DNA of 64,000 bases from an uncultured Gammaproteobacteria bacterium (GTDB lineage Bacteria; Pseudomonadota; Gammaproteobacteria; JACCXJ01), in assembly GCA_963764725.1 (NCBI GenBank), contig CAVXTM010000015.1, forward strand, positions 256,001 through 320,000. Direction: 5' to 3'. Positions 22,331-33,353 of this stretch are shown piece by piece. Under the pieces are notes generated by a model that searched no databases, had not been told where the DNA came from, and saw only the letters and a program-made list of their open reading frames with translations. How positions within the stretch are numbered: the first letter of the stretch is position 1; the number at the start of each line of letters is the position of its first letter. A program made the position numbers and the translations under genes.

Positions 22331-23674
22331 TTGGCCGCGAAATATTCCGAGGATCAGGTCCACCAGTATATCTATCAGCAAGGGATGGAGCAGCTTATCG
22401 ATGATGTTCCAGAGTTTGACAACCTGAGCGCAGCTGGATCGGTTGCCGCCGCCAAGAGTGAAACTTCAGGCGAAGCCGATAAAGTCGGTGATGACATCGA
22501 CTTCAAGCTATGGCGCATCATAAAAGCTAGGGCGCTGGACAAGCTCGAACGCTTGCACCGATCGATCCGCTACGGTGAGTTTATCGGTAGCAAAGTGAAG
22601 CTTCCGATGGACAGCACACAACCTATGGAACTTGATTTACTGGGTCAGCATGAAGACGGCGTTTTCATCCTTGAACTGAAGGTAGATCGGTCCGCCGAAC
22701 GAAATGCCTTTTCAGAGCTTTTTGCCTATAGCAACTACATCGCTGAGATGTTTGCGCTGTCTGGACACAAGGACATTGTGAACGTTCTTGTGGCGAAACT
22801 AGACGCGAAGATCACAAGGCAGGCCTTCTTATACGATCTGTTGATCACTGATCGGAACATCATAGTTTATAAGCCAGAGTTCCAGGATGAAACGCTTCAA
22901 AGCCTGCGACTGAAGTTGCACATCCCCAGCGATGATGATTACCGGTATTTCACGAACCAGCTTCTGTCTCACGATGCGATGTCATGTGTCGTCGCGTCGA
23001 TTCCACGACATGCCCGGCTGGATAGATAGCGGCACTAAGGGCGAAAATCCCCCCCACCATACAATTGAACATCTGAAAGCTCTGAGCAGCTACGTGGCTC
23101 AGCTAATGGAGGCCGAGCATCTGCATGGATTTTGTTTCATTCGAAAGCCATGGGCTGAGGTAACACTCTTCATCCAAACAGCCTCGATCAATTGCGCCCT
23201 CAATCCGTTCAATGTTGCCGCATCCTGAGCGCTCCAACGCGATCACGAAGCAGTTGGATGAGCAATACCACACCACCTTCTCAGAAGCACCGATGCTCGG
23301 TTTTGAAGGCAGACTGATCTCAATCGCGCAACGTGCGGTGAAAGACTGCATGACCAACCATTACCAGACCGAAATCGAATTGCCTTCGTGGAGCGCGATG
23401 GTTGTCTCCATGATTGAGACAGTTTTGCACTCACAACTTCGGTTTCCGCCCGACTGGCATGATGCGCGAGGCGTATGTCAGCCACTTAACTACTATCTAC
23501 GCCCGCAACGAAGACAGCGACGACTACGTCGAGGATGTATCCGCCTTAAAGCTCATTGAGATCTCGAATTGGATGCGCGCTTGGCAGTTCATGGAGATGT
23601 GTGGCTTTGCTGGATCGAAAAACGGCGAGCGCGAGGAAGAGTTCAATGTCGATGATGAAGGCGATGGCCTGTAG
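22331..23674 (+). CDS. Hypothetical ~445 aa protein with a PD-(D/E)XK (NucS/EndoMS-like) nuclease motif; frameshifted (ORFs 22331..23029, 22932..23228, 23212..23559, 23414..23674)
   Basis: AAGGAGG RBS with TTG start; ELDLLG....FILELK......AFSELFAY motif; visibly lower GC than its neighbours. Confidence 0.6.
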
Positions 23675-23808
23675 GAGTCGTCAGAACGTCCGCTGTTGGC
23701 CAATTACAGGCTCTTAACGCGTTGCCGATTCGAGGGCTCGGGCCGAGCAAATAAACGGCCCATTTGTTCGTCTTGAGCGGATGGATCGTCGGCCCCAGGC
23801 CGAGACCG

Positions 23809-23890
23809 CTCGCCGCCCATCCCGAGCTGCTCGCGCCGGTCTTGAGAATTGTCCACCGGGCCATCTCTGGATTTCTGATCTACCAAGCAA
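23809..23890 (+). mobile_element. Tiny IS91/ISCR-like transposase fragment
   Basis: Reads LAAHPELLAPVLRIVHRAISGFLIYQA, resembling an IS91-family segment; recalled similarity only. Confidence 0.35.
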
Positions 23891-23920
23891 TCAGTCGTTA
23901 CGGGTCTCGACGTATCCCAG

Positions 23921-24796
23921 TCAAACGCAGCGCTCGATAAAGGCGTGGCGGGTTTGGACGGAATACGCACTACAAAAGCCGGCCCAACTTAAAGCGCCGG
24001 CTGAGCAGGCGATCGAGCGCGCGGACGGGCAGCCAGCGCTTGAGGAAGGGTAAGAGAAGACTGTAGTGACCGATCCGGACGACGGACTGCGGATGGGGTG
24101 CCAGCACCGCATCTGCCATCTTACGGGCAAACCCTCGGTGGGCGTCGCTCGCGCCTGCGAGGCCCCTAAGCGCGCCGCAATCGCGTCCATGACGGCCGCG
24201 TACAAAGAAGCGTCGCTTGGGTGAAAGCGTTTGGCCGCGGTCGCACTGAACTGAGACACGACGCCCCCAGGCTGAACGGTAATGACCTCGATGCCGAAGG
24301 GCCGCAACTCCATGCGCAGGGAATCGGAGAGCGCATTCACCGCGGCCTTGGTGGCGCAGTAGGCGCCTGCGAAGGGCGTGGGCAGCACACCCGATATGCT
24401 GCTGATATTGACGATGCGGCCGGAACGTTGGCGCACCATGTCGGGCAGCAGCGCCTGGACCAAGGCCACCAGACCGAACACATTCGTCTCGAACTGAAGA
24501 CGAAGCTCGCTCATGGGCAGCTCGGCGAGCGGTCCCAGCGCGCCGTAGCCCGCGTTGTTGATGAGGAGCGCCACCGTGACACCATCGTGCTGAAGACGCG
24601 CCTGCAGGCGGCGGATGCTCTCTGCATCGGTCACATCGAGCGTGGCCGTCCGGATACCACGGGCCTCAAGCGCACTCAGAGTGCTCACCCGGCGCGCCGT
24701 GGCATACACCACATGTCCCCGACGATGGAATTCTTCGGCCAGCGCCCGGCCGATGCCCGTCGAACAGCCCGTCACCAGCGTGATATTCGTCGTCAT
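23921..24796 (-). CDS. SDR family oxidoreductase (likely true stop at 23970 after a frameshift)
   Basis: TGCSTGIG, NNAG, YCATK; the alternate frame gives ...LKRWLPVRALDRLLSRRFKL*. Confidence 0.9.
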   Translation of the reverse strand: MTTNITLVTGCSTGIGRALAEEFHRRGHVVYATARRVSTLSALEARGIRTATLDVTDAESIRRLQARLQHDGVTVALLINNAGYGALGPLAELPMSELRLQFETNVFGLVALVQALLPDMVRQRSGRIVNISSISGVLPTPFAGAYCATKAAVNALSDSLRMELRPFGIEVITVQPGGVVSQFSATAAKRFHPSDASLYAAVMDAIAARLGASQARATPTEGLPVRWQMRCWHPIRSPSSGSVTTVFSYPSSSAGCPSARSIACSAGALSWAGFCSAYSVQTRHAFIERCV

Positions 24797-24963
24797 AAGG
24801 CGGCCGATGGTTGTTCGGTGTCGCCACGTCTCCGGGGCGGTGTTGGCTTCTCAGGGCATCCGCGGCGCGATGGCCCGGGATGGCGTCAATCGACGAAACA
24901 GATCGGACAGCAAATTCTTCGTACCTGGCACCACCGCATAGCGCGCGATATCGAGGCCGGGGA

Positions 24964-27811
24964 TCAGCGCCGCTGCGGGCCGAGTCCGGTTTCCTCGCCG
25001 AGGTCCGGCTCCCCGCAGAGCCGCAGGATTTCCGCCCGCGTCCGATCGCGAAGCCCGAGCGCGGCGTTCCAGTCCGCCCCCGAGGGCTCGATGGGCTCGC
25101 TCAACGTCACGCCGATCCTGCCGCGACGGAATAACCACTGTCCCTCGCGGAGGATGGAACGCGTACCGCGGAGGGTCACCGGGACCACCGGCACGCCCGA
25201 CTGGGCGGCGATGACGAACGCCCCCATCCGGAACGGGAGCAGGCCCGGCATACGGCGGAAAGTGGCCTCGGGAAAAACGATCAAGGAGCTGCCTGCGCGG
25301 GCCGCTTCGACGAACCGCTCCGTGTCCTCGATGCCGCGCTGCGCGTCGAAGCGCTCGACGAAGGCCGTCCCGATGCGGGTGAGATACACGCGCGGGACGA
25401 AGCGATCGCGCAGTTCGCGTTTGGCGATGAAGTGCATCGGCACCGGCAGCGCCGCGACCATGATGATGCCGTCGAGAAAGCTGGCGTGGTTGGCCGCCAG
25501 CACGCAGGCCCGGCCGGAGGGAAGATGTTCGAGACCGAGCACGGTCAGGCGCGTTCTCGTGAGCGCGAGGAAAAGCCGCGCCATTCGGCGGCTCAGGCTC
25601 CAGCACCAGCCGGTGCGCGGCACCAAAGCGCACGCGATCCAGGTCGCCGGTGCGAGGATCGCGAAGATGAGCGCGGCATAGACGCCATAGAGCAGGTCGC
25701 CCGCCGCGCGCAGGGTGCGGCGCGCCTGCGGCAGGATCGCCGACCACGTTAACCGCACGACTTGCAACCACACCGCGCGCGCCCCGGGACTGCCTCCCTG
25801 CTCGTACGCTTCGCGACTCGCCGCCCTACGGATCTTCCCGCTGGACGTCTTGAGCACGCTGTGAGGCGGTGCGAGCACGATGTCGTCGGGCGGCATGCCG
25901 ATGAGCGATACGGCGAGATCTTGAATGGAGCCGCGCAGTTTCTCCCGCAGTGCCGCATCGGTTTCGCGCGTCTCCGCGAGCACGATGACGCGCTCGGTGC
26001 CCGAGCCCGCGTCCCTGACGCCGAACACCGCGACGCACCCCTTGCGGATACCTTCCAAGCTTCCCACCGCCTCTTCAAGCTCGTGCGGATAGATGTTGCG
26101 GCCCGCCCGGATGATGACATCCTTGACGCGGCCCGTGATGTAGACTTCGCCCCCGGCAATGTAGCCGTAGTCGTCTGTATTCATCCACTCGCCGTGTAGC
26201 AGGTCGCGCGTTGCCTCCGGGTTGCGGTAGTAGCCGCTGGTGACCGAAGGTCCTTTCACCTGGAGGTGGCCCTCTTCCCGCTCTCCGAGCTCGCGGCCGG
26301 CGGGGTCCACCGCGCGCACTTGATGGCCCGGCAGCGGCGGCCCGCAGGCAAGACAGATCATCGCGTCGGTGCGCTCCTCCGACGCCGGTACGGCGCGCCC
26401 GCGGTGCGTGAGACTATCGCGCTCGATGCGGTCGAATTTCGGGCCGCGCCCGGGAGCAGGAAACGAGACGCCCAGCGTGGCTTCGGCGAGCCCGTACACC
26501 GGCGCCATCGCCTCCGCCTTGAAGCCGTAACGCGCGAAGCGCTTCGTAAATGCCGCGATGGTCTCCGGCGAAACCGGTTCCGCGCCGTTGAAGGCGAAGC
26601 GCCAGCTTGAAAGGTCCAGGCCCTCGAGATCCGCATCCTGAATCCTGCGCTGGCAGAGCTCGTAGCAGAAGTTCGGCCCGCCCGTGAGTGTGCCGCGGTG
26701 GCGGTGGATCGTCCATAACCAGCGTTCCGGCCGCGCGAGGAAAGCGATCGGGGACATCAGCGGATACTTGAATCCGTAAACGAGGCTGCCCATCCAGGCA
26801 CCGATGAGGCCCATGTCGTGGTAGAGCGGCAGCCAGCTCACGAACACGTCCTCAGGCGTCACCCGAAGCCACCCGGCCCATGGCGCGGATATTGGTGAGC
26901 AGGTTGGCGTGGGTCAGAACGACGCCCTTGGGGTTTCCGGTGCTCCCGGAGGTGTACTGCAGCAGGGCGACGTCCTCAGACCGGGCGCGGCAAGCCGCCT
27001 CAAGGGGCTGCGAACGCACGAGCTCCGCGGGCGTCACGACGCTTTGGAGTGTCGCAACCTGCGGCTTCAAGAGCAGCGCGATCGGCTTCGCCTGCGGCAC
27101 CGTGATCAAGACCTCGGCGAGCGCATTGGAGAGGATAGCCGCGTGGCGGCGCAGATGGTCCTCGATCTGGGAGGGGCGCGCCGGCGGATAAATGGGAACC
27201 GGGATCCCCCCGGCGAGCAGGATACCTAAGAAGCTGAAGAAATAGTCGGCGCTGGTCGGCAGCATGATGGCTACCGGGTGTCCGGGCTCGAGCCCCCGTT
27301 CGATGAGGCCCGCGGCGATCGCACGCGCGTTTTGGTCAAGCTCCGAAAAGGTGACGGTACGCTCCGCGCCGTCCTCTTCCTGGAGCACGACGTGCGGGCG
27401 GGCCGGATGCCGCCGCACATGCCACTCGAGCACCTCTTGGAGTGTCGCCGCGTCCTCCGGGGTTTCGCCCTCCGCTGCGAGCGCCGCTACGCGTGCTATC
27501 GCGTCTGGCTGAGGATGGCGAAGCGGATCGGCGGCGAGCAGCGCCCGCAGCAGGTCGCGCGGCGTCTCGGCATTCGCCATGACGGCTTCCGGCAGGCCCA
27601 CACCGAAGCTCTTTTCGATGCGCAGGAAAAGCTCGACCCGCCCAAGGCTATCGAAACCGTAATCCTGATCGAGCCGGCCGTCGAGCAGCGCCGGTGGCAC
27701 GGCCCGGGCAGGATGCAGTTCCGCGGCGATTTGCCGTACGGTCTCGAGCAGGGACTCGGCGCTGGGCGAGATGTCTTCGCTCGCGTGTGGTCTAGCGACG
27801 GACGTTTCCAA
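24964..27811 (-). CDS. ACP - fatty acyl-AMP ligase - PlsC-type acyltransferase fusion (frameshift at ~26860; ORFs 26852..27811 and 24964..26862)
   Basis: ACP GFDSLGRVEL; LQYTSGSTGNPKG; SWLPLYHDMGL; YGLAE; KTSSGK; NHASFLD and FPE motifs. Confidence 0.9.
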
Positions 27812-27872
27812 GGAGGACCGGCAGGGGGAAATTTCCTATGATCTTAGCACAGGCTTACCCATCTTCGGCTGC

Positions 27873-28019
27873 CCCAAGGACATCACCTTGGCGTGGAGCG
27901 TGCCCAAGCGGACGGGAAAGATATTTATGGACTACAATATGAACGTTCGCGGCAAGACCTTGAACGTCGCTTATTCGCCCAGAGGCGAGCCTGGGGCGCC
28001 GGTGTCGATGTCGCTCGGG
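27873..28019 (+). pseudogene. Fragment of a second ligD allele (polymerase C-terminus)
   Basis: 147 bp matching 20962-21108 with 10 substitutions. Confidence 0.85.
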
Positions 28020-28054
28020 GGCGAGGGGATATAAATTCAGATTGGGAGATGAAC

Positions 28055-28948
28055 ATGGCTGCACGATCGATAGGCTCGTTGACCATTTCGTTCGGACTCG
28101 TATCCATTCCGGTGAAGCTTTATACCGCCACCGAGGCGAGCCGCGCGATCTCCTTCAATCTCCTGCACAAGGGCTGCGGCTCGCGCCTCAAGCAGCAGTA
28201 CGTCTGCTTGAAGGAAGAAGTGCCGGTGGCGCGCGAGGACATCGTGAAGGGCTATGAATTCGCCAAGGACCAGTACGTGATGTTCACGCCCGAGGAGCTG
28301 AAGGCGCTCGAGGAGGCGGGTACGCACAGCGCCGAGATCACCGAATTCGTGCCGATCGAGGCGATCGACCCGGTGTACTTCGACAAAGCCTACTATCTTG
28401 CCCCGGACAAGGGCGGCGCCAAGCCCTACGCGCTCTTCACCCGGGCGCTGCGTGAGTCGAAGCGCTGCGCGCTCGGCCGCTGGGCGGCGCGCGGCAAGCA
28501 GTACATCGTGATGATCCGCCCGGTCGAAGATGGTCTCATCATGCAGCAACTGCTTTACGCCGCCGAGGTCAGGTCGATCAAGGACATCGAGATCCCGAAG
28601 ACCGAGGTGAAGGACGCCGAGCTCAAGCTCGCGGAGCAGCTGATCGAGCAGCAGGCCTCCGACAAGTTCGATCCCGGTACGTACACCGACGAGGTGCGCG
28701 GCCGCATCGAAGCCGTGGTGCAGAAAAAGGTCGAGGGCCAGGAGATCACCTTGGCCGAGGCGCCCGAGGGCGGCGCACAGGTCATCGATCTGATGGAAGC
28801 GCTGCGCGCCAGCCTTGAGAAAAAGGCGCCCGCCAGGGCGCGAGCGCCGCAGACCCAAGCTCAGCCTGCTACCCAAGCTGCTACGCGCAAACCGCCCAAG
28901 CGCGCGCAAGCGGCGCAGCCTGCAGCGCGCAAGGCGACCAAGAAATAG
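28055..28948 (+). CDS. ku: Ku protein (NHEJ)
   Basis: MAARSIGSLTISFGLVSIPVKLY, KGYE, YFDKAYYL.P, VIDLMEALRASL and a basic Ala/Lys/Pro-rich tail. Confidence 0.95.
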   Translation: MAARSIGSLTISFGLVSIPVKLYTATEASRAISFNLLHKGCGSRLKQQYVCLKEEVPVAREDIVKGYEFAKDQYVMFTPEELKALEEAGTHSAEITEFVPIEAIDPVYFDKAYYLAPDKGGAKPYALFTRALRESKRCALGRWAARGKQYIVMIRPVEDGLIMQQLLYAAEVRSIKDIEIPKTEVKDAELKLAEQLIEQQASDKFDPGTYTDEVRGRIEAVVQKKVEGQEITLAEAPEGGAQVIDLMEALRASLEKKAPARARAPQTQAQPATQAATRKPPKRAQAAQPAARKATKK

Positions 28949-28974
28949 CGCCAGTCAGCAATCCAGCGGGTCTC

Positions 28975-29796
28975 ATGCACCAATACGGCGTCCGTGACGT
29001 CGAGAAGCTGCTGGGCCTGCCGCGCAGCACCATTCGCGCGCTGATCGCAGCCGGGTTCGTATCGCCGGCGCGCGGGCGGGGCAAGGCCTGGTTGTTTTCC
29101 TTCCAGGATCTGATTGTCCTGCGCACGGCCCAGGCGCTGGTCGCCGCCAATGTGCCGCGCCGGCGGATCACCCGGTCGGTCGAACAGCTGCGCCGGCATC
29201 TCCCCGATACCATACCGCTGTCCGGGCTGAGCATCTCCGCGGTCGGCGACCGCGTCGTGGTCAGGGAAGGCGGTAGCCGCTGGCAGGTGGAATCCGGACA
29301 GTATCTCCTGGCGTTTGACGGCGATCCCGTCGACGGTTCACTGAGCGTGATCGAACGCAAGCCGGCATCGCCGGCGGCGAACGCGGAGGATTGGTTCGCC
29401 ATGGGCGTCGCGCTGGAGCACGAAGACGCCGAAGCCGCGATCAAAGCGTACGAGAAGGCCGTGAGCACTGACCCGTCGAGCCTGGATGCGCGCATCAATC
29501 TCGGCCGGCTCCTGCATGAAACCGGGCATCTTGCGAGGGCCGAGCAGACCTACCGCGAGGCGATGAAAGCCTGCGGCAGTGATCCGCTGCTGCTCTACAA
29601 CCTCGGCGTGCTCCTGGACGACATGGATCGCAGCCTGGAAGCGATGGAGACCTATCGGGCCGCGCTGCGCGGCGATCCCACTCTCGCCGACTGTCACTAC
29701 AACCTGGCGCTGTTGTGCGAAAAGCTCGAGAAGCCGCGGGAAGCCATCCGGCACATGTCGCAGTATCGCCGGCTGATTGCGAGCCAATCGGAATAG
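28975..29796 (+). CDS. MerR-like HTH plus TPR repeat protein
   Basis: YGVRDVEKLLGL..STIR...FSFQDLIVLR; GQYLL.F; TPRs (INLGRLLHE, YNLGVLL, HYNLALL). Confidence 0.85.
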   Translation: MHQYGVRDVEKLLGLPRSTIRALIAAGFVSPARGRGKAWLFSFQDLIVLRTAQALVAANVPRRRITRSVEQLRRHLPDTIPLSGLSISAVGDRVVVREGGSRWQVESGQYLLAFDGDPVDGSLSVIERKPASPAANAEDWFAMGVALEHEDAEAAIKAYEKAVSTDPSSLDARINLGRLLHETGHLARAEQTYREAMKACGSDPLLLYNLGVLLDDMDRSLEAMETYRAALRGDPTLADCHYNLALLCEKLEKPREAIRHMSQYRRLIASQSE

Positions 29797-29901
29797 TTGA
29801 CTACGCCTTAGGTCCCCGAGAGCGCGACCGATTTGCCGACGTAGGTCGAGAGTCGTGCCGCGTCAACGAGAAAGGCGAGGGGAAGCGACCTGAGAGGACC
29901 A

Positions 29902-30848
29902 ATGATCCATGCCATAGAGATCGAGGATCTGCGCAAGACCTACCGGTCCAAAGGCGGCACTCCGGTGCTGGCCCTAGATGGTGTGTCGTTCCAGGTGCCG
30001 CAGGGCCGCATCTACGGCCTGTTCGGGCCGAATGGCGCGGGCAAGTCCACGCTGGTCAAGATCATCAGCACGATCACCCCCTCGAGCTCGGGACGCGCCG
30101 CCGGTGCTCGGATTCGACGTGGCGCGCCAGCCGCTGGAAGCGCGCCGGCAGATGGCGGTGGTGCTGCAGCAGACGGCGGCGGAGAATCTGCTCACGGTCC
30201 GCGACAATCTGTTGATCTATGCCTATCTGCACGGCGTGGCGCGGAGCATCGCGGAGAAGCGCATGAAGGCAGTGGTCGAGGAGTTCGAGCTGGGCGGGCG
30301 GCTGCGCGACACGGTGCAGGAGCTGAGCATCGGCACCAAGCGCCGCATCCAGGTGGCGAAGATCTTCATGCTCGACTTGCCGATCATCATCCTCGACGAA
30401 GCTACCACCGGTATGGACCCGCTGATGAAGCGGCGCGTGATGGACCGGCTGCGCGCCGAGGCACGCAGCGGGCGCACGATCCTGCTGACCACGCAGGTGC
30501 TCAGCGAGGCCGAGGAGCTGTGCGAGACGATCATGATCATCAACCAAGGACGCACGATGGCGTCGGGCACACTGCAGGAGCTGCGCAAGCGCGCCGCGCA
30601 CATGTTCCGCGTTAGCCTGTCGTTTGCGCGACGACCGACGGCGAACTGGTCGGCACGGCTCGAAGCGCTCAAGCCGCTCGAACTGCTAGGTGAACGGCAA
30701 TGCGGCCGAGATGGTGTTCCACGGCGAGGAGGCGTCGCTGCTCGGGAAGCTGGCCGACATCTCGCGCGACACGCCGATCCTGCAGTTCGAGGTGCGCGGT
30801 CCGACGCTCGAGGAAATTTTCGTGACGCTGGTGGGGGATTCGACATGA
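29902..30848 (+). CDS. ABC transporter ATP-binding protein (frameshifted)
   Basis: GPNGAGKST, LSIGTKRR, ILDEATTGMDP, C-terminal PTLEEIF. Confidence 0.85.
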
Positions 30849-31607
30849 AGGCGATCACGGCGGTCTTCTACCGCGACTACCGTCAGCGCATGACGAACAT
30901 CGGGTTCGTGTTCTGGGACCTGTTCGTGCCGCTGGCCTACCTGCTGCTGTTCGGCCTGGGCTTCGAGCGGATGATCGGCGGCGGCTCGTCTGTCATCGGC
31001 GACCAGATCCCGGTTACACTGGCGTTCCTGCTGCCCGGTGTTCTCGCGATGGTGACCTTCACCGTCGCGATGAACACGTCCTGGGGGTTCTTCATGGACA
31101 AGGATTCCGGGATTTTCTACGAGCTGCTGACTTATCCGATCACGCGGCCGCAATTCCTGATCGGCAAGATCGGCTTCAACGTGCTGCTGAGCGTGATCGG
31201 CTCGCTGCTCGCGATCGTGGTCGGCGTCGTGGCGCTGGATATCGGCATCCGCTGGGATCTGCTGCCGCTGACCGCGTGATCGTGGTGGCCGCGACGGCGC
31301 GGCTGGTTCTTTCTCTTCAGCATGGTCGCGATCCGCCTGCAGCGGATGGACGCCTTCAACACGGTGACGAGCGCGGCCTACATCCTGCTGATGTTCCTCA
31401 GCACGATGTTCTATCCGCTCGACGATCTGCCGCCTGGTTCCGCGCCGTCGCCTGCTCAATCCGATGACCTGGCAGGTGGATCTGTTGCGCTTCAGCCTGC
31501 TCGGCATAGGATCCGCACCAACGCTATGGCTCGAAGCTGCGGGGCTGGTCGGGTTTGCACTGGTTTGCCTGGTCTTAGCGTCGCGCGCCTTGAACCGGGC
31601 TGACTAG
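30845..31607 (+). CDS. ABC-2 type transporter permease (frameshifted)
   Basis: MKAITAVFYRD..., several TM helices, LS.MFYP, NPMTW; ATGA overlap with the ATPase. Confidence 0.8.
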
Positions 31608-31626
31608 ATGGCCGGCTCGTTTCGAC

Positions 31627-31845
31627 CTATTCTGTTGAAAAACTCACCTTTTTGATTGCTTGTTCCGCAGTGCACCGAGAGGTATATGCGGTAGCGGCAA
31701 GTAGAAAACTCATCGTGTGCACTGGCGGCCCGCGCAATCGCAAACGATCCAGTTTTAGGATCCGCTTGAGTGCGCGAACAATATCTCGATCTTCTTGCGA
31801 GCGCGATTGTCGATAGTCATCGGTCTTGGCGAGCGCACGCGTCAC
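31627..31845 (-). mobile_element. IS1182-family transposase C-terminal remnant with a terminal IR
   Basis: LKRILKLDRLRLRGP..H(DE)FLLAATA and an end-like ctattctgttgaaaaactc. Confidence 0.6.
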
Positions 31846-32039
31846 ATCACGTGCGGGTTCCTGCGGGCTCCGATCGATTGCGGATCGCCGTTTTGGGGCA
31901 GCACTTGGTTTTCAGCGCACCCGCGGTGGAGTTTAGTTATCGCCGAATGTCGATTTAGAGATGCTCCGAACGACTAATTGATGATCAGCCTAATCTACAG
32001 AGCCGAACCCTATCGGTATAACGTGAAAGGAGATTGTTT

Positions 32040-32393
32040 ATGACCTACATCGATGGATTTGTAGCTGCCGTGCCTACGGCCAACCGAGACATTTACAAGA
32101 AGCATGCTGAAGACGCTGCCGTTGTTTTCAAGGAGTACGGCGCGCTGAAGCTGGTCGAGTGTTGGGGAGACGATGTCCCCGAGGGCAAGTTGACGTCTTT
32201 TCCGATGGCGGTCAAGCGCAAGGATGATGAGACCGTCGTCTTTTCCTGGATTGTATGGCCTTCTCGTCAGGTGAGAGATGCGGGCATGAAGAAAGTGATG
32301 GCCGACCCGCGGCTGCAGCCTGATACTAATCCGATGCCTTTTGATGGCACACGGATGATATACGGAGGTTTCGAAGTGATCGTGGATGTTTGA
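32040..32393 (+). CDS. DUF1428 (YbaA-like) protein
   Basis: MTYIDGFVAAVP...ECWGDDVP.GK.TSF..AVK...VVFSW...MPFDG.RMIYGGF. Confidence 0.92.
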   Translation: MTYIDGFVAAVPTANRDIYKKHAEDAAVVFKEYGALKLVECWGDDVPEGKLTSFPMAVKRKDDETVVFSWIVWPSRQVRDAGMKKVMADPRLQPDTNPMPFDGTRMIYGGFEVIVDV

Positions 32394-32570
32394 TAGCGGC
32401 GATTTTCGGCCCGAGCCGTTATATCTCAAAGTTGATGGGACTCGTGTTCGATATGACAAGACGATCGGCGGGAAATCTTCTTTCGCATTGCCAAGAAGGC
32501 AAATCATTCGATTACGTTTCAACCATGACTCGAGAACGTTTTACTCACCACATCCTATAAGGAGGAATCC

Positions 32571-33170
32571 ATGCGTCACATAAAACTCGCTCTTACCGGT
32601 TTCTGTGTTGTGCTGATGGCATCCGTTGCCATCGCGAAGGACAAGAAGGCGGAGAAACCGATGGACCCGCAGGCGATGATGGAGGTCTATGCGAAGCTGG
32701 CGCAGCCTGGCGAGCCGCACAAGTTGTTTGCAAGTCTGGCCGGTAGCTGGACGACAAAAACCAAGGAGTGGATGGAACCCGGCAAGCCTCCAACGGAATC
32801 AACCGGCTTCGCGGAAATGAAGATGTTGCTGGACGGGCGCTTTCTCTACCAGGAATTCACCGGCCAGATGATGGGACAACCTTTCTCCGGGATTGGCATC
32901 GACGCCTACGACAACCTTCGAAAGAGATATGTCACCGCGTGGATGGATACCATGGGCACAGGGATCTTCACGATGGAAGGCACGGCGAGCGCGGATGGCA
33001 AGACCATTACACTGAAAGGGCAGCATGCTGAACCGGGCGGAGGGCACATGACGCATCGCGCCATCTGGAGGATTGTGGACAGCAATACCCAGACGTTTGA
33101 CATGTATGGGACTCACCACGGCGGCAAGGAAACGAAGATGATGGAGATCACGTACACGCGAAAGCTGTAG
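32571..33170 (+). CDS. DUF1579 family secreted protein
   Basis: Signal peptide; PGEPHK.L..LAGSW; GGRF-like DGRF; YDN...YV..W.D.MGT. Confidence 0.85.
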   Translation: MRHIKLALTGFCVVLMASVAIAKDKKAEKPMDPQAMMEVYAKLAQPGEPHKLFASLAGSWTTKTKEWMEPGKPPTESTGFAEMKMLLDGRFLYQEFTGQMMGQPFSGIGIDAYDNLRKRYVTAWMDTMGTGIFTMEGTASADGKTITLKGQHAEPGGGHMTHRAIWRIVDSNTQTFDMYGTHHGGKETKMMEITYTRKL

Positions 33171-33260
33171 CACGAAGGGCGACGAAAGAGCCATATGAAA
33201 AGTGAATCATTTGGCTCATTCTGCGCTGCGGGTATCGCCGCCCAGCCATGCGACACAGAT

Positions 33261-33325
33261 CGTGGGTTGAATTAGGTGTAGTCGTAACCCAACGAATTGA
33301 CGCGCAAGATGTTGGGTTACGCGAT
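33261..33325. repeat. REP-like inverted repeat
   Basis: cgtaacccaac (33283-33293) / gttgggttacg (33311-33321) between convergent genes. Confidence 0.5.
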
Positions 33326-33353
33326 AAACCTCGATTAGCCGCCGGATCCCCGA

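Noticed and set aside
27893-28054. N-terminal extension on Ku in the ORF track
   Set aside because: It is an off-frame reading of the ligD stub; Ku starts at 28049 or 28055.
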